DNA from: Candidatus Aminicenantes bacterium
GTDB taxonomy: Bacteria; Acidobacteriota; Aminicenantia; Aminicenantales; Aminicenantaceae
Assembly: GCA_011772475.1 (NCBI GenBank)
Contig: WVZK01000086.1
Span: 4,406 to 68,405 of the forward strand
DNA length: 64,000 nt
Reading direction: 5' to 3'
The notes under the pieces were generated by a model. It saw nothing but the letters and a program-made list of their open reading frames with translations, ran no database searches and was not told the DNA's origin. A program made the translations under genes and the position numbers. The stretch's first letter is position 1. Each line of letters starts with the position of its first letter. Shown piece by piece: positions 1 to 8,997 of this stretch.

Positions 1-715
1 CCAGGAGCATATCTCCAATTTTAAACAGAACTTCACCCAGCATTACACCTCCGAGGGTATTAAGAGCAAGATCATTTGAAGAAGGATGGATCGCTTCAAA
101 AAAAACCTCCCAGGTATAGCTCCCAAAAGCAGAACAGACTGTGGATTCCAGGAAATTTAATCCATTCGCCCTTCCTATTGAATAATGAACTGCGCCATGA
201 TAGGGATGTGCTAATTTGTTCATTCTGTACATATCGATATCAAAATCAAAACCAGTTGAGAGATTTTTTAAGATGGATTTCATCGAAATTTTTGTCCACG
301 GTCGAGGATCTATATACCTGCTAAAAGCCCATAATGCTACATTGACGTACGTAATTTCTAGGGCTGCCTTTGAATAGCTCTTCTTGTTTCTTTTTATGGA
401 GAATGTTTCGGAAGGAACCTTAAAGGAAAAAGTCGCTGAGTCCATTGCTGCCAGACTAAACCGGGCTGTGTAAGCGGTTTGTTTTCGCACGTAATTCTCG
501 GATGATAGGGACTCGTTAACGTTGGGCTCTAATATATCTGCCGAATTCTCTATATCGTCGGAGATAGTAAAGGCATGAGAATTTATCTTATAATCAAAGG
601 TAAGCTTTTGGTAATTGGATGATAGAATAAGAGTGTCATTTTTTTCTGCCGCAAATAAGTTCGTAAAACTTATTAAACACACAACCAGAGCTGTAGCAGT
701 AATTGTTTTTTTCAT
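1..715 (-). CDS. DUF3943-like secreted protein, C-terminal part cut by the window edge
   Basis: Not in the ORF track because it runs off the window. A reverse-strand ATG at 715..713 gives MKKTITATALVVCLISFTNLFA (signal peptide) and the frame stays open to position 1. The distal part reads NKLAHPYHGAVHYSIGRANGLNFLESTVCSAFGSYTWEVFFEAIHPSSNDLALNTLGGVMLGE, which matches the DUF3943 signature as I remember it. The + ORF 76..324 is its antisense shadow. Confidence 0.55.
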   Translation of the reverse strand, partial: MKKTITATALVVCLISFTNLFAAEKNDTLILSSNYQKLTFDYKINSHAFTISDDIENSADILEPNVNESLSSENYVRKQTAYTARFSLAAMDSATFSFKVPSETFSIKRNKKSYSKAALEITYVNVALWAFSRYIDPRPWTKISMKSILKNLSTGFDFDIDMYRMNKLAHPYHGAVHYSIGRANGLNFLESTVCSAFGSYTWEVFFEAIHPSSNDLALNTLGGVMLGEVLFKIGDMLL

Positions 716-962
716 TTTTTCTTAATTTACTCTGCTAGAGGGCTTATAGACTGTCTAAAATGCGCTCATCCAAAGCGCTTTTTGACAGCTTCGTATCCAA
801 TAAAAAGATAACGGTTTTATCAATATTTGTCAATAGCAAGGAAAATTAGCCAGGGTAAAGCATTTCTATTGAGAAAGGAAATTTTCCTCTCTTGACATGT
901 AATCTAAATAAATTTAATTTTATATTCGCGCCTAAAAGCCTTTAGACATCGGACTTATATCA

Positions 963-2984
963 ATGAATAACGTTAAAGAACATTTATGTGATGATGATCC
1001 TGCTAAGGGCCATCCTGATGTCAGAACGAAGCTCAAAGATGTGTCTTATTTTTTTCTCGGTAATGGACACATTCAGGCTGCTGTTCAAATCGCTCCTTCC
1101 GGGGAAGGAACACCCATAGGCCTATTGATCATGAATCCGGAGCATCTGGGGAAAAAGCGAGAAGCTTTAACCTTTGATCCAGATTCCGGACTGGAAAACA
1201 CTATGATCCGCATCATCTCTGCGCCGACCGCTAAAACCACAGGAACCAGAGCTCTTGAAGCTGGTTGGCTTGAGGGATATGAAATCCCTGTTGCCCAGAT
1301 CATATGGCGGGGTGGTAATTTCCAAGTCGCTGAGTACTTTTACTGCCCGAACTTATCTCATCCCGAGATTATGCGCGAGGTTCGCCTAAGAAACATAAGC
1401 AACCTTACAATTAAGGCTCGCCTGAAAACAGGAGTTCTTGATAAAACTATTGATGAGGAATTCTATTTACAACCTGAAGGAATAAAAATAGTATTACTCC
1501 GTTATACTTTGAATAGTTCAGGGAAACATATTACTCTTGATTTGGTGCCGAAAGGGGGAATAGGCCGTAAAGCCCTTCAGTATTGGAAAGAGAAAGCTTG
1601 TGCCTCGTTTGGTTCGCCTATCTTGGATCATTTTTTTACCGCATCACAGTTTCAATTGCCTGCAGTTGTCTCGAAGTTTGGAAAAGTAGATGGTAATATC
1701 TGGCAGCATAACCGTGAACGGGCTAGGGATCAGGCGATGGTGGCTGTGGGTTTGACAATAACAGGCCACTATGAGATTGCTTACAGGATACTCGACCGCA
1801 TGATTGAAGAATTTGTGACCAAGAAAGGGGATATCACAGATTCCGAAAAGGCGCGAGGTTCAGACGAGATAGATTTAGATCAGAATGGATCGCTTCTCTT
1901 TGCCTTGAAAAACTATGTTCTCTGGACTGACTCCTATGAAATAGTTACAAAACACTGGAACAAAATTGTAGCTGCTGCCGAGTTTCCTCTAGCTGGTGCT
2001 TTTGTTCATAGCCGCTCTGGCTTATTAGCCAACAGAAAGGAGTACTGGGGGCGACACCAGACTCATGGGATTGTAAAAGGGATGGAGTTAGCCCATCAAT
2101 TGTTTGCTGTCCTAGGGCTTTCTGCGGCTTCCACCATTGCCTCACTTATCTCCCGAAAATCTGAAGCGTCACACTGGAAACATAAAGCAGAACGGATAAT
2201 GAACGCCACCTTAGACGAAGCTCAATACGGCCTGGTTGATGCTCGTGGGTTCATCAAAAGGCGCGGTATCGATGGGGTAATTCAGGAAATTGTCAAGCCT
2301 CTGCCTAAAGCTCAATTTCCAGAAGGATCCCCATTATCTTTGAAGGGTGAGCATCGCCTCAACCCTGATGCTACATCTGTTCTACCCATCGCTATGGGCA
2401 TTATATCTCCAGATTCTCCTCTGGCATCATTGACATTGGATAGTGTCGAGAAACTTTGGAATCAAGCTTGGAAGGATGGAGGCTACGGGCGATATGATAT
2501 AAGTTCAGAACCTGATTCTCCTGGCTCCTGGCCTATCGCCTCCTTATTTGTTGCCCGTTCTTATGCTGAAACTGGAAATTTTGATAAAATGTGGAGAACG
2601 TTAGAGTGGCTTAATTCAGCACCTGGCGCTTTGTCTGGTTCATGGTTTGAATTTTACGGACAGCGTTTAGATCCGCGATTTTCTCAGGAAGGTATTGCAC
2701 CCTGGATTTGGGCAGAAATGCTAATCCTGCTGATTCACCATATCATAGGGATTCAGCCCGACGTAGACCATCTCCGGATAAGGCCAAAATTGGTCCCTGG
2801 AATAGAAAAAATCACCGCATCTTTCCCGCTGAGAGATAGAAAGATAAATATCGAAATTAAGAGTGGTCGCAAAAAGAAATCTTATGGCTTTAGTTCGGAC
2901 GGGAAAATCATACAATCATCAGAAAAGGAAGCCTATATTTCCTATCCCGAAAAAGACATTTGGGTTGAAGCTTCTCTGCCTTAG
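963..2984 (+). CDS. Glycoside hydrolase family 15-like (alpha/alpha)6-barrel protein
   Basis: 673-aa ORF. The motifs WQHNRERARDQAMV, GGYGRYDISSEPDSPGSWPIASLF and APWIWAEMLILL resemble glucoamylase/glucodextranase-type GH15 catalytic domains. The family call is from memory of motifs only. Confidence 0.5.
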   Translation: MNNVKEHLCDDDPAKGHPDVRTKLKDVSYFFLGNGHIQAAVQIAPSGEGTPIGLLIMNPEHLGKKREALTFDPDSGLENTMIRIISAPTAKTTGTRALEAGWLEGYEIPVAQIIWRGGNFQVAEYFYCPNLSHPEIMREVRLRNISNLTIKARLKTGVLDKTIDEEFYLQPEGIKIVLLRYTLNSSGKHITLDLVPKGGIGRKALQYWKEKACASFGSPILDHFFTASQFQLPAVVSKFGKVDGNIWQHNRERARDQAMVAVGLTITGHYEIAYRILDRMIEEFVTKKGDITDSEKARGSDEIDLDQNGSLLFALKNYVLWTDSYEIVTKHWNKIVAAAEFPLAGAFVHSRSGLLANRKEYWGRHQTHGIVKGMELAHQLFAVLGLSAASTIASLISRKSEASHWKHKAERIMNATLDEAQYGLVDARGFIKRRGIDGVIQEIVKPLPKAQFPEGSPLSLKGEHRLNPDATSVLPIAMGIISPDSPLASLTLDSVEKLWNQAWKDGGYGRYDISSEPDSPGSWPIASLFVARSYAETGNFDKMWRTLEWLNSAPGALSGSWFEFYGQRLDPRFSQEGIAPWIWAEMLILLIHHIIGIQPDVDHLRIRPKLVPGIEKITASFPLRDRKINIEIKSGRKKKSYGFSSDGKIIQSSEKEAYISYPEKDIWVEASLP

Positions 2985-3141
2985 CGTTTTAATAATAGCT
3001 AACCGGGGTTAGGCCTTGCCAGAAGGAAAAGATATTGGCGTGTTTTTTGTCAATGGGGTCATTCCTTTCCCTAAGGAGAAGATTTTAGCATGCTTTTTGT
3101 CCTTACGCTATTCCGATGGATAAGGCCTAACGCCGATATTT

Positions 3142-3170
3142 TTGACATCAAATTTTTCCTGTGCTATAGG
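3142..3170 (+). promoter_or_regulatory. Sigma70-type promoter (module copy A): TTGACA-N17-TATAGG with TG at -15/-14
   Basis: TTGACA at 3142-3147, a 17-nt spacer TCAAATTTTTCCTGTGC, and TATAGG at 3165-3170. The 28 bp at 3140-3167 are identical to 44166-44193. The promoter lies inside the long version of ORF 3090..3866, which argues for the start at 3213. Confidence 0.5.
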
Positions 3171-3212
3171 ACTATTTTAAATTTATTCATGGCTAATAAG
3201 AGAGAGGGTGGA

Positions 3213-3866
3213 ATGCTAAGAAAAATAGTTTTGGTCATCGTTATCATTAGTGTTTTATGGGTGAATTACGGCTGCGTTGCACAAGAACAAAATATTCGTT
3301 GGGTTACTTTAAAAGATATTGCTAAGAGTCTGGAGAATCAACAGCCGATGAATGTTGGATTTGATATTGATGATACTGTGTTGTTTTCAAGCCCAGGCTA
3401 TTACTATGGACGACAGAAGTATTCCCCAGGAAACAAAGGTTTTGCAATTATGGAAGAATTTTGGAATGAAATGAACAACGGGCTTGATCAATTCAGCATT
3501 CCCAAAGAATGTGCCCGAAGATTGATTGAATTGCATAAAAAAAGAGGCGACTCAATTTATTTCATAACGGCGAGAACAAAAACTAAAACAGAATCAGTTA
3601 CTGAGCTTCTTGCAAAGACTTTCGATTTAGAGAATCCACATAAAGTAATTTTTGCTGGCATCAAGCTTGGGGAAAATTTAAAAATCAAACCGATAAAGGA
3701 AAATAAAATTCAAATATTTTATGGAGACGCAGACTCTGATATTGAAGCTGCTTTAGAAGCGGGAATCCGAGCGATAAGAATTATGCGGGCTGTAAATTCC
3801 ACAAATAAGCCACTGCCCTGCAACGGAAGCTTCGGGGAGGAAGTTCTTGTTAATTCAGAGTATTGA
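3213..3866 (+). CDS. aphA: Class B acid phosphatase (AphA-like, HAD superfamily), secreted
   Basis: The internal ATG at 3213 follows AGAGAGGGTGGA. It gives a signal peptide MLRKIVLVIVIISVLWVNYGCVA. VGFDIDDTVLFSSPGYYYG is the AphA DDDD-type motif I, and FYGDADSDI is motif IV. Confidence 0.75.
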   Translation: MLRKIVLVIVIISVLWVNYGCVAQEQNIRWVTLKDIAKSLENQQPMNVGFDIDDTVLFSSPGYYYGRQKYSPGNKGFAIMEEFWNEMNNGLDQFSIPKECARRLIELHKKRGDSIYFITARTKTKTESVTELLAKTFDLENPHKVIFAGIKLGENLKIKPIKENKIQIFYGDADSDIEAALEAGIRAIRIMRAVNSTNKPLPCNGSFGEEVLVNSEY

Positions 3867-3872
3867 GAGGCC

Positions 3873-4709
3873 CTATTTTAGTCCTAAAATAGCGGCAGCG
3901 TTTTCATAGAGGATTTTTCTTATAGATTCTTCAGCCAGGGGAAGTTCTTTTATAGCTTCAATATTGCTGTTGATTGTCTTTATTCCTGGCCAATCTGATC
4001 CGTAGACAAATTTCTCGATGTCTTTCTCCATCTCAGGAAAATAATTCAGCAGATTTTTAGGGGGCAGTCCTGAAATTTCCAGATAAATATTAGGATGAAG
4101 TCGAGATAGAAAAAATGCTTTTTCATACCAGAGACCTCTTCCGCTGTGAGCCATGAGGAGGAGAAGGTCAGGAAAATCGGAAGCCACGTCATCCAGATAG
4201 ATGGGATCAGCATACTTTACTTTTGAACCTTTAAACACAGAGGAGCCTGTATGGATGAGAACCGGTAGTCTATGCTCTTGGGCTATTTCATAAAGAGGAT
4301 AGAGAGAGCTATCATTTGGGTAGAAGTGATTGTAAGAAGGATAAAGTTTTATTCCTTTTACACCCATCTTGATGTATTTTCTAAGTTCCTGGGTTGGCTG
4401 ACTGACCAGTAAGGGATTAACAGTACAAAAGGGAAGGAAAGTGTCATTGCCCAGGCAAAAATCGATGACATATTCGTTAGAAACAACGCCAGTGGTAATA
4501 GGACTTATTTCAGGTAGGATCACGGCCTTTTCTATTTGATGGCTCTTGAGGTAGGCAGCAAACCTCTTCGGATCAATCATTTCCTCATAGCGTTCATAAT
4601 ACTCTGAATGTGCTTTTTTTTGGTAGGCGTGGATCCATTCATACCAGTGTTCTTTGAGACCGATGTGGACATGGAAATCGATGATTTTTATTTCATCTAG
4701 TTTTTTCAT
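3873..4709 (-). CDS. Metal-dependent amidohydrolase (TIM-barrel, amidohydrolase-2-like)
   Basis: IIDFHVHIG (HxH), LLLMAHSG and YGSDWP are the ligand motifs typical of PF04909-type hydrolases. Confidence 0.75.
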   Translation of the reverse strand: MKKLDEIKIIDFHVHIGLKEHWYEWIHAYQKKAHSEYYERYEEMIDPKRFAAYLKSHQIEKAVILPEISPITTGVVSNEYVIDFCLGNDTFLPFCTVNPLLVSQPTQELRKYIKMGVKGIKLYPSYNHFYPNDSSLYPLYEIAQEHRLPVLIHTGSSVFKGSKVKYADPIYLDDVASDFPDLLLLMAHSGRGLWYEKAFFLSRLHPNIYLEISGLPPKNLLNYFPEMEKDIEKFVYGSDWPGIKTINSNIEAIKELPLAEESIRKILYENAAAILGLK

Positions 4710-4865
4710 TCTCGTTAGAAGATAAAAAACATAAACTCATCTATTTCCAGAATCTCCCGTGACGTTCACTGTTTTGAGAAAAGACGAGGGGGATTATCAT
4801 TCTTTACGGGATAAGAAAAGATATAAGGCCAGGTGATGTTAGTAGATTTTGGTTTTTGATTTCCG

Positions 4866-5141
4866 TTATGTTTGCTCTTCTATTTTACTGGTGTTTTCTT
4901 CTTTTTTAGCTTTTAATTTTTCTTCGAGTTCTTTGATCTTGAGGATGAGTGTTTCTTTTTCTTTTTTCTTCATCCTTTTTAGAATTCTAACAACCACTCC
5001 CACAATACAAGCTATAATTAGTGTGTTGATAATAGCAGAAACTGAGTATGGCGACTTCATTTGCATTGTGAAAAGGATATCCAACTGCGCTAAGAAGGAT
5101 AGAATTACCAAAACAAGCAGTATCAAAACCCACCAGAGCAT
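4866..5141 (-). CDS. Small membrane protein with two TM segments and a K/E-rich coiled-coil tail
   Basis: MLWWVLILLVLVILSFLAQL ... IINTLIIACIVGVVVRIL, followed by KRMKKKEKETLILKIKELEEKLKAKKEE. GGAGAG lies 5 nt before the ATG. It has its own promoter at 5209-5236. The overlapping + ORF 4849..5163 is less protein-like. Confidence 0.5.
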   Translation of the reverse strand: MLWWVLILLVLVILSFLAQLDILFTMQMKSPYSVSAIINTLIIACIVGVVVRILKRMKKKEKETLILKIKELEEKLKAKKEENTSKIEEQT

Positions 5142-5208
5142 TTGGCACTCTCCTTCAGGGTAATGAAAATTCCCTTCTCGAGTTTAAATGCAAAAATTTC
5201 TCGTATAG

Positions 5209-5236
5209 CTTATAGCAAAGGAAAACCTGAAGTCAA
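5209..5236 (-). promoter_or_regulatory. Sigma70-type promoter (diverged module copy): TTGACT-N16-TATAAG
   Basis: The reverse strand reads TTGACT TCAGGTTTTCCTTTGC TATAAG. The spacer resembles module copies A/B/C (TTTTCCTkTGC). Confidence 0.4.
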
Positions 5237-5245
5237 GAGAGCATT

Positions 5246-6205
5246 TTATTCAGGAACATACTTGATTTTAAATTTATTAAGTGTCACTCCCTCATCTGCC
5301 CTTGAATAGAGGAAATCGTTACTGTCAATATAAATACAGTGGCTTGAATCAGGCAACGTAAAAGTAGTCAAGTGCTTGCCGCCCGGGCTGAGGACATAGA
5401 CGTCACAGCTTGGATTTTTAGAAAAACTGCCGCCCAAAATGAATAAATTTCCTGAACTATCCAGAGCTATATCTTTGTAGACAAATTTGGTGGGAAGCAC
5501 GAATTGTCCAATTTTTTCTTTTTTGATATCTTTGATGCCCAGCAATTTTTGAGACCATATTTTTATTCCTTCAGGATCAAATTTTTCAATTTTATCTTGG
5601 TAGTTGTAAACAAGATAAAGGTTCCCCTGAGAATCAAGATCAAAGTTCACCACATCAGTCAGAAGACGTGATTTTTTGTCAGAGTACTGGAGCTCGCGTT
5701 TGATCTTTCCTTTTGAGTTAAGGATGAAAATCATCCCTGCTTTAGCCGTGGAGACGGTGGTAACTGCAATCTCGTCGTCTTCGAGAACTTTCAAATCGTA
5801 AACAGGTACTGAAACTGAAATGCCGTGGCTATAATTTAAATCTTTATCAAAAACCTGAATGCCGGATTTGAACTGATCAGTGACATAAAGAAGCTCGCTG
5901 GAGATTCCTAAATACCTTGGAGCTAAGAATTCTCCCGGGCCTTGTCCTTTTCGCCCAGTTTTCTTTATGAGATTTCCCTTGTCATCGAATTTTTTCAGTG
6001 AATAATCCATGTTATCAGTAACATAAATATGACCAGTGGAATCAGAGATAACTCCTACCCATTGAAATAAAACATCGTCCTCCAAGCTTCCTATAGATAG
6101 AACCTCTTCAAGTAATATTTTTTGGATATCATTTCCGCCTAAGCCAGGGAGATTCATCTGAAAAGCGATTGATAAAAGATAGACAAGAAATAATGGTTTT
6201 TTCAA
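5246..6205 (-). CDS. Secreted NHL-repeat / six-bladed beta-propeller protein
   Basis: TTG start after AAGGAGG. Signal peptide MKKPLFLVYLLSIAFQ. Repeated units such as GQGPGEFLAPRYLGISSELLYVTD, IYVTDNMDYSLKKFD and LYLVYNYQDKIEKFDPEG are typical of NHL blades. Confidence 0.65.
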   Translation of the reverse strand: MKKPLFLVYLLSIAFQMNLPGLGGNDIQKILLEEVLSIGSLEDDVLFQWVGVISDSTGHIYVTDNMDYSLKKFDDKGNLIKKTGRKGQGPGEFLAPRYLGISSELLYVTDQFKSGIQVFDKDLNYSHGISVSVPVYDLKVLEDDEIAVTTVSTAKAGMIFILNSKGKIKRELQYSDKKSRLLTDVVNFDLDSQGNLYLVYNYQDKIEKFDPEGIKIWSQKLLGIKDIKKEKIGQFVLPTKFVYKDIALDSSGNLFILGGSFSKNPSCDVYVLSPGGKHLTTFTLPDSSHCIYIDSNDFLYSRADEGVTLNKFKIKYVPE

Positions 6206-6262
6206 CTTTTTTGTTTCCTCCTTGGGAATTCGTGATTACCTATGCTTTCATACTGCGAGAGA

Positions 6263-6493
6263 TTAATTTTCAAGGTATTTTCTGCAAAAAATCCAGCCAT
6301 TAACGCAGTAGGCAACATCTGTGTATACCCTAGCGAAAAAGGGGATGTTCAATATCGCGTCGAGCAAACAATTCGAAAGAGCTTTTTCACACCTCCCAGC
6401 CTCCATCGGAGATACATTTACGCTAAAGAATATCGTAATAATGATCAAGATTAGAAATGCTTTTTTTATGTGTTTTTGGATTTGTGAAATCAT
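6263..6493 (-). CDS. Small secreted twin-CX6C peptide (76 aa precursor), paralog of 6570..6857
   Basis: Strong SD (AAAGGAGGG) before the ATG. Signal peptide with cleavage motif MEA|GRC. Mature part is GRCEKALSNC...YCVNGWIFCRKYLEN. It aligns at both ends with the neighbouring ORF. Confidence 0.6.
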   Translation of the reverse strand: MISQIQKHIKKAFLILIIITIFFSVNVSPMEAGRCEKALSNCLLDAILNIPFFARVYTDVAYCVNGWIFCRKYLEN

Positions 6494-6569
6494 GTTTTCC
6501 CTCCTTTAGTCTTTAATTTCCTGTAAAGTTTCTTCTTATAATAGCCCGTGTGCGATGTATGTGAGCTTA

Positions 6570-6857
6570 TCAATATTCATAATAGCGCTTGCAGAAGTGG
6601 TAGCCACCAAGGCACATGGTTGAGTAGGAACCGCCTGCTGCGACCGCGCCGAGCATAGAGCCAAACATGTTGCCTGAAAAAAAGCCAGCGATAGCTCCCA
6701 GCACAGTGGCAATTCCGGCATCGATCATGCAGTTCAATAAAGCTCTTGAGCATTGTCCTGCATTGAGTTGGTCGGGAGCTACAAACATCGTGAAAAGAGA
6801 CATGAATAGAAATCCAGCAATTAATTTTTTGGCATTTTTTCCTCTTAAATTGTTCAT
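6570..6857 (-). CDS. Small secreted twin-CX6C peptide with glycine-zipper core (95 aa precursor)
   Basis: Strong SD (AAAGGAGG). Signal peptide with cleavage motif LNA|GQC. Mature part is GQCSRALLNCMIDAGIATVLGAIAGFFSGNMFGSMLGAVAAGGSYSTMCLGGYHFCKRYYEY. Confidence 0.65.
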   Translation of the reverse strand: MNNLRGKNAKKLIAGFLFMSLFTMFVAPDQLNAGQCSRALLNCMIDAGIATVLGAIAGFFSGNMFGSMLGAVAAGGSYSTMCLGGYHFCKRYYEY

Positions 6858-7063
6858 CCTAATACCTCCTTTAGATTGTTATTATGGCTGACTAAGATTA
6901 TTTAAAAATAATGATATTTAAAGAAGATTTCGTTCGTATTTATTATCGATTGTCTTCTCTTTTCTTTGACGGATATTTGACGAGAAAATCTCACTTTCAA
7001 ACCTTTCCAACTTTTATAGTTTGCGTGACATTGAGGTCAGATCTGTAAAACTTGAATTATAAG

Positions 7064-7100
7064 AAAATTGGGCCAACAAAATGGGGCCAGGCCCCATTTT
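7064..7100. repeat. REP-B element: half copy AAAATTGGGCC plus palindrome AAAATGGGGCC-A-GGCCCCATTTT (terminator-like)
   Basis: Perfect GC-rich inverted repeat at 7078-7100, flanked by an A-tract and a T-tract. It lies about 130 nt downstream of the minus-strand glycosyltransferase stop. The same composite element occurs at 12196-12231 and 57798-57875. Confidence 0.75.
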
Positions 7101-7228
7101 CTCCTGATGTTAAGATAGAGGATTAGGTCCTTAAATAAGAATTGGATTGAAACGGAGTCAGACTTTCCAGACTTTTATAACATGGATATTAAGCTACAGT
7201 TAAATAGGAACGGGGGATGGGAGAGAGG

Positions 7229-8452
7229 TCAGCATTTCTGTTGTTTTGTTGCCTTTTTTTTGGCCTCGTTCACATGCAAACCTAGATAATAGGGCTTTTG
7301 AGCTGCAAAGGCTTTTGCTTGTTCGAGTATTGCCTCCTCGACATACTTGGGGGTATAACGCCATGTTTCGTAATCAAAAGTCATTGAGCGTGTGAAATAC
7401 AGAGGCTTGAGGGCTTCTACAATATCTTTTCTGGCTTTTGGAGAACCATTCCTGTAAGAAAACAGGAGCTGATAAACCAGCTGGGTCCACATCAGAATAT
7501 CAATGCTGTACATATCATGATCAAACATTTTTGCCAGGCTCGAACTGGCATAATCACTTAGAATTCTTTTTAGAAGCTTTTCTCGTGGATAATACTCTTG
7601 CCTCAATTTATTTTTTAGCTCTCTCATATCGATCTTCAGTTCCTGCGGTAGACCAAGCTCTTTAAGGCCAAATCTTTTTTTAGGCGTGGGCTTCGACACT
7701 GGAATGCTTATCCAGGATGACTCTCGGGAGAGGAGCAGATCGAATAAAGTTGTAATCACCTGCGTAAACATGGGTCCGAGCTTAGGTGCACTTGCTTTGT
7801 GTATTTTTGCCCCAAGGCCTGTTTCGCAAATCTTGAAGTTGCCGAAAATGGCATGGAGCGTCATAAAAACATCAACGCCATACTGTTTTGCCTGAGTATC
7901 CCATTTTTGCTTTAACCAGTAATTCATAAGAGCCGGGGAAAAGCCAAGTTCACCACCAATAGGTTGCCGCAAATCCCTCCCTAATAATCCATAAAACAGC
8001 GGATAACAGATATGGTTGGTTATGGTTCCGTCGAATTGATGCCGAGAATACAGGGGCAAAGAATAATCATAGCCTTTAAGAATTGGCTCACCTAAGTACT
8101 TTATCCACTCAGGAGTAATCGAACGCAGGTCAGCATCAACAGTTAAAGCCGCCTTTAGGGTAGTGGCGTGGCCTTTCGCAAACCTTAGAAAATTAAAGAG
8201 GTTATTTCCTTTGCCTTTCACTCCTTCAGGGGTTGTAATATAGTGCTTTGGATTTTTTGTATCAGTGGCTAGAAATGACCCTTTTGTATCATCTTCGCTA
8301 TTGTTATCAACGTTTAGAATAATTGACTTGAGATTGCCGAAGTATCTTGAGAGACCAATATCAACCTGTTTTGTAACATAAGGTATTGTGTCTGCTTCCA
8401 TGTAGGAAGGAATTGCCACTATAAACTCAATGCCAGACCTCATGCTTCTCAT
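7229..8452 (-). CDS. GT-A fold glycosyltransferase (family 2/81-like)
   Basis: N-terminal IVAIPSYMEADTIPYV...NVDNNSEDDT and the VDADLRSITPEW (DxD-type) motif. GAGGAGG SD. The sugar and acceptor are unknown. Confidence 0.55.
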   Translation of the reverse strand: MRSMRSGIEFIVAIPSYMEADTIPYVTKQVDIGLSRYFGNLKSIILNVDNNSEDDTKGSFLATDTKNPKHYITTPEGVKGKGNNLFNFLRFAKGHATTLKAALTVDADLRSITPEWIKYLGEPILKGYDYSLPLYSRHQFDGTITNHICYPLFYGLLGRDLRQPIGGELGFSPALMNYWLKQKWDTQAKQYGVDVFMTLHAIFGNFKICETGLGAKIHKASAPKLGPMFTQVITTLFDLLLSRESSWISIPVSKPTPKKRFGLKELGLPQELKIDMRELKNKLRQEYYPREKLLKRILSDYASSSLAKMFDHDMYSIDILMWTQLVYQLLFSYRNGSPKARKDIVEALKPLYFTRSMTFDYETWRYTPKYVEEAILEQAKAFAAQKPYYLGLHVNEAKKKATKQQKC

Positions 8453-8836
8453 CCTAAAAATTCCTCCTCTTCCTTTTTTTTGTTTATAAATAATCTAAGA
8501 AATTTTCAAGCAACAGGATTTCCTCGATAATTTCGATATCTAGAATGGTATCTCTCCTGCGGCAAGGTGCACATTATAGGCAGATTTTATATATTTGTCT
8601 ATTATTAAAAGCATTCTACCGCGTATCTCCTCTTCCATATGGCTTAAATTAGCTACAAGTATATTTAATTAGTAATTTTTGTCAAAAAGTATATGAAGAA
8701 ACGTCATAGAGCTGTTAAAGAAGATCCCTGGATTTTTTGGGGCAAGCGTACTTTTCTTCTACTTCATTCATGCTAAAAACAGTAGAAAATAGACGAAACC
8801 TACATTTAAAAGCAGTAATAAAAAGTCATTTTTTCC

Positions 8837-8865
8837 TTGAATAAATTTTTATTTTAATTTATAAG
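8837..8865 (+). promoter_or_regulatory. Putative csp promoter TTGAAT-N17-TATAAG
   Basis: Hexamers at 8837-8842 and 8860-8865 predict a leader of about 125 nt. Confidence 0.4.
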
Positions 8866-8997
8866 TTATATTTCGACATAAGAAATGGCCCTGCTTTATC
8901 GGGGGTCGGCTTTGCTCTAAAGGATTTTTCCCTATGACAGAGCCGCGACCTAAGGCTTGGGACCATAAGTTAAAATTTTTTAAAGGAGGTCGAAGCT

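Noticed and set aside
76-324. 82-aa + strand ORF at the start of the window.
   Set aside because: It lies antisense within the much longer DUF3943-like reading frame (715 to 1, minus strand), which has a signal peptide and family-like motifs.
763-790. GCGCT-N7-AGCGC hairpin followed by TTTTT in the divergent gap between the DUF3943-like and GH15-like genes. An AGGAAA-T-TTTCCT palindrome sits at 876-888 next to a TTGACA.
   Set aside because: The stems are short. No gene ends here, so a terminator role is unsupported. There is no second occurrence to support an operator. It is noted only as weak regulatory candidates.
3090-3212. N-terminal extension of 41 codons on the AphA-like ORF, as listed in the ORF track.
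   Set aside because: The extension contains the promoter module (3142-3170) and has no SD. The internal ATG at 3213 has an SD and yields a proper signal peptide.
6242-6891. Overlapping ORFs 6242..6454 (+), 6321..6509 (+), 6536..6721 (-) and 6667..6891 (+) around the small-peptide genes.
   Set aside because: None has an SD or a signal peptide. The two chosen minus-strand frames have strong SDs, Sec leaders and mutual paralogy.
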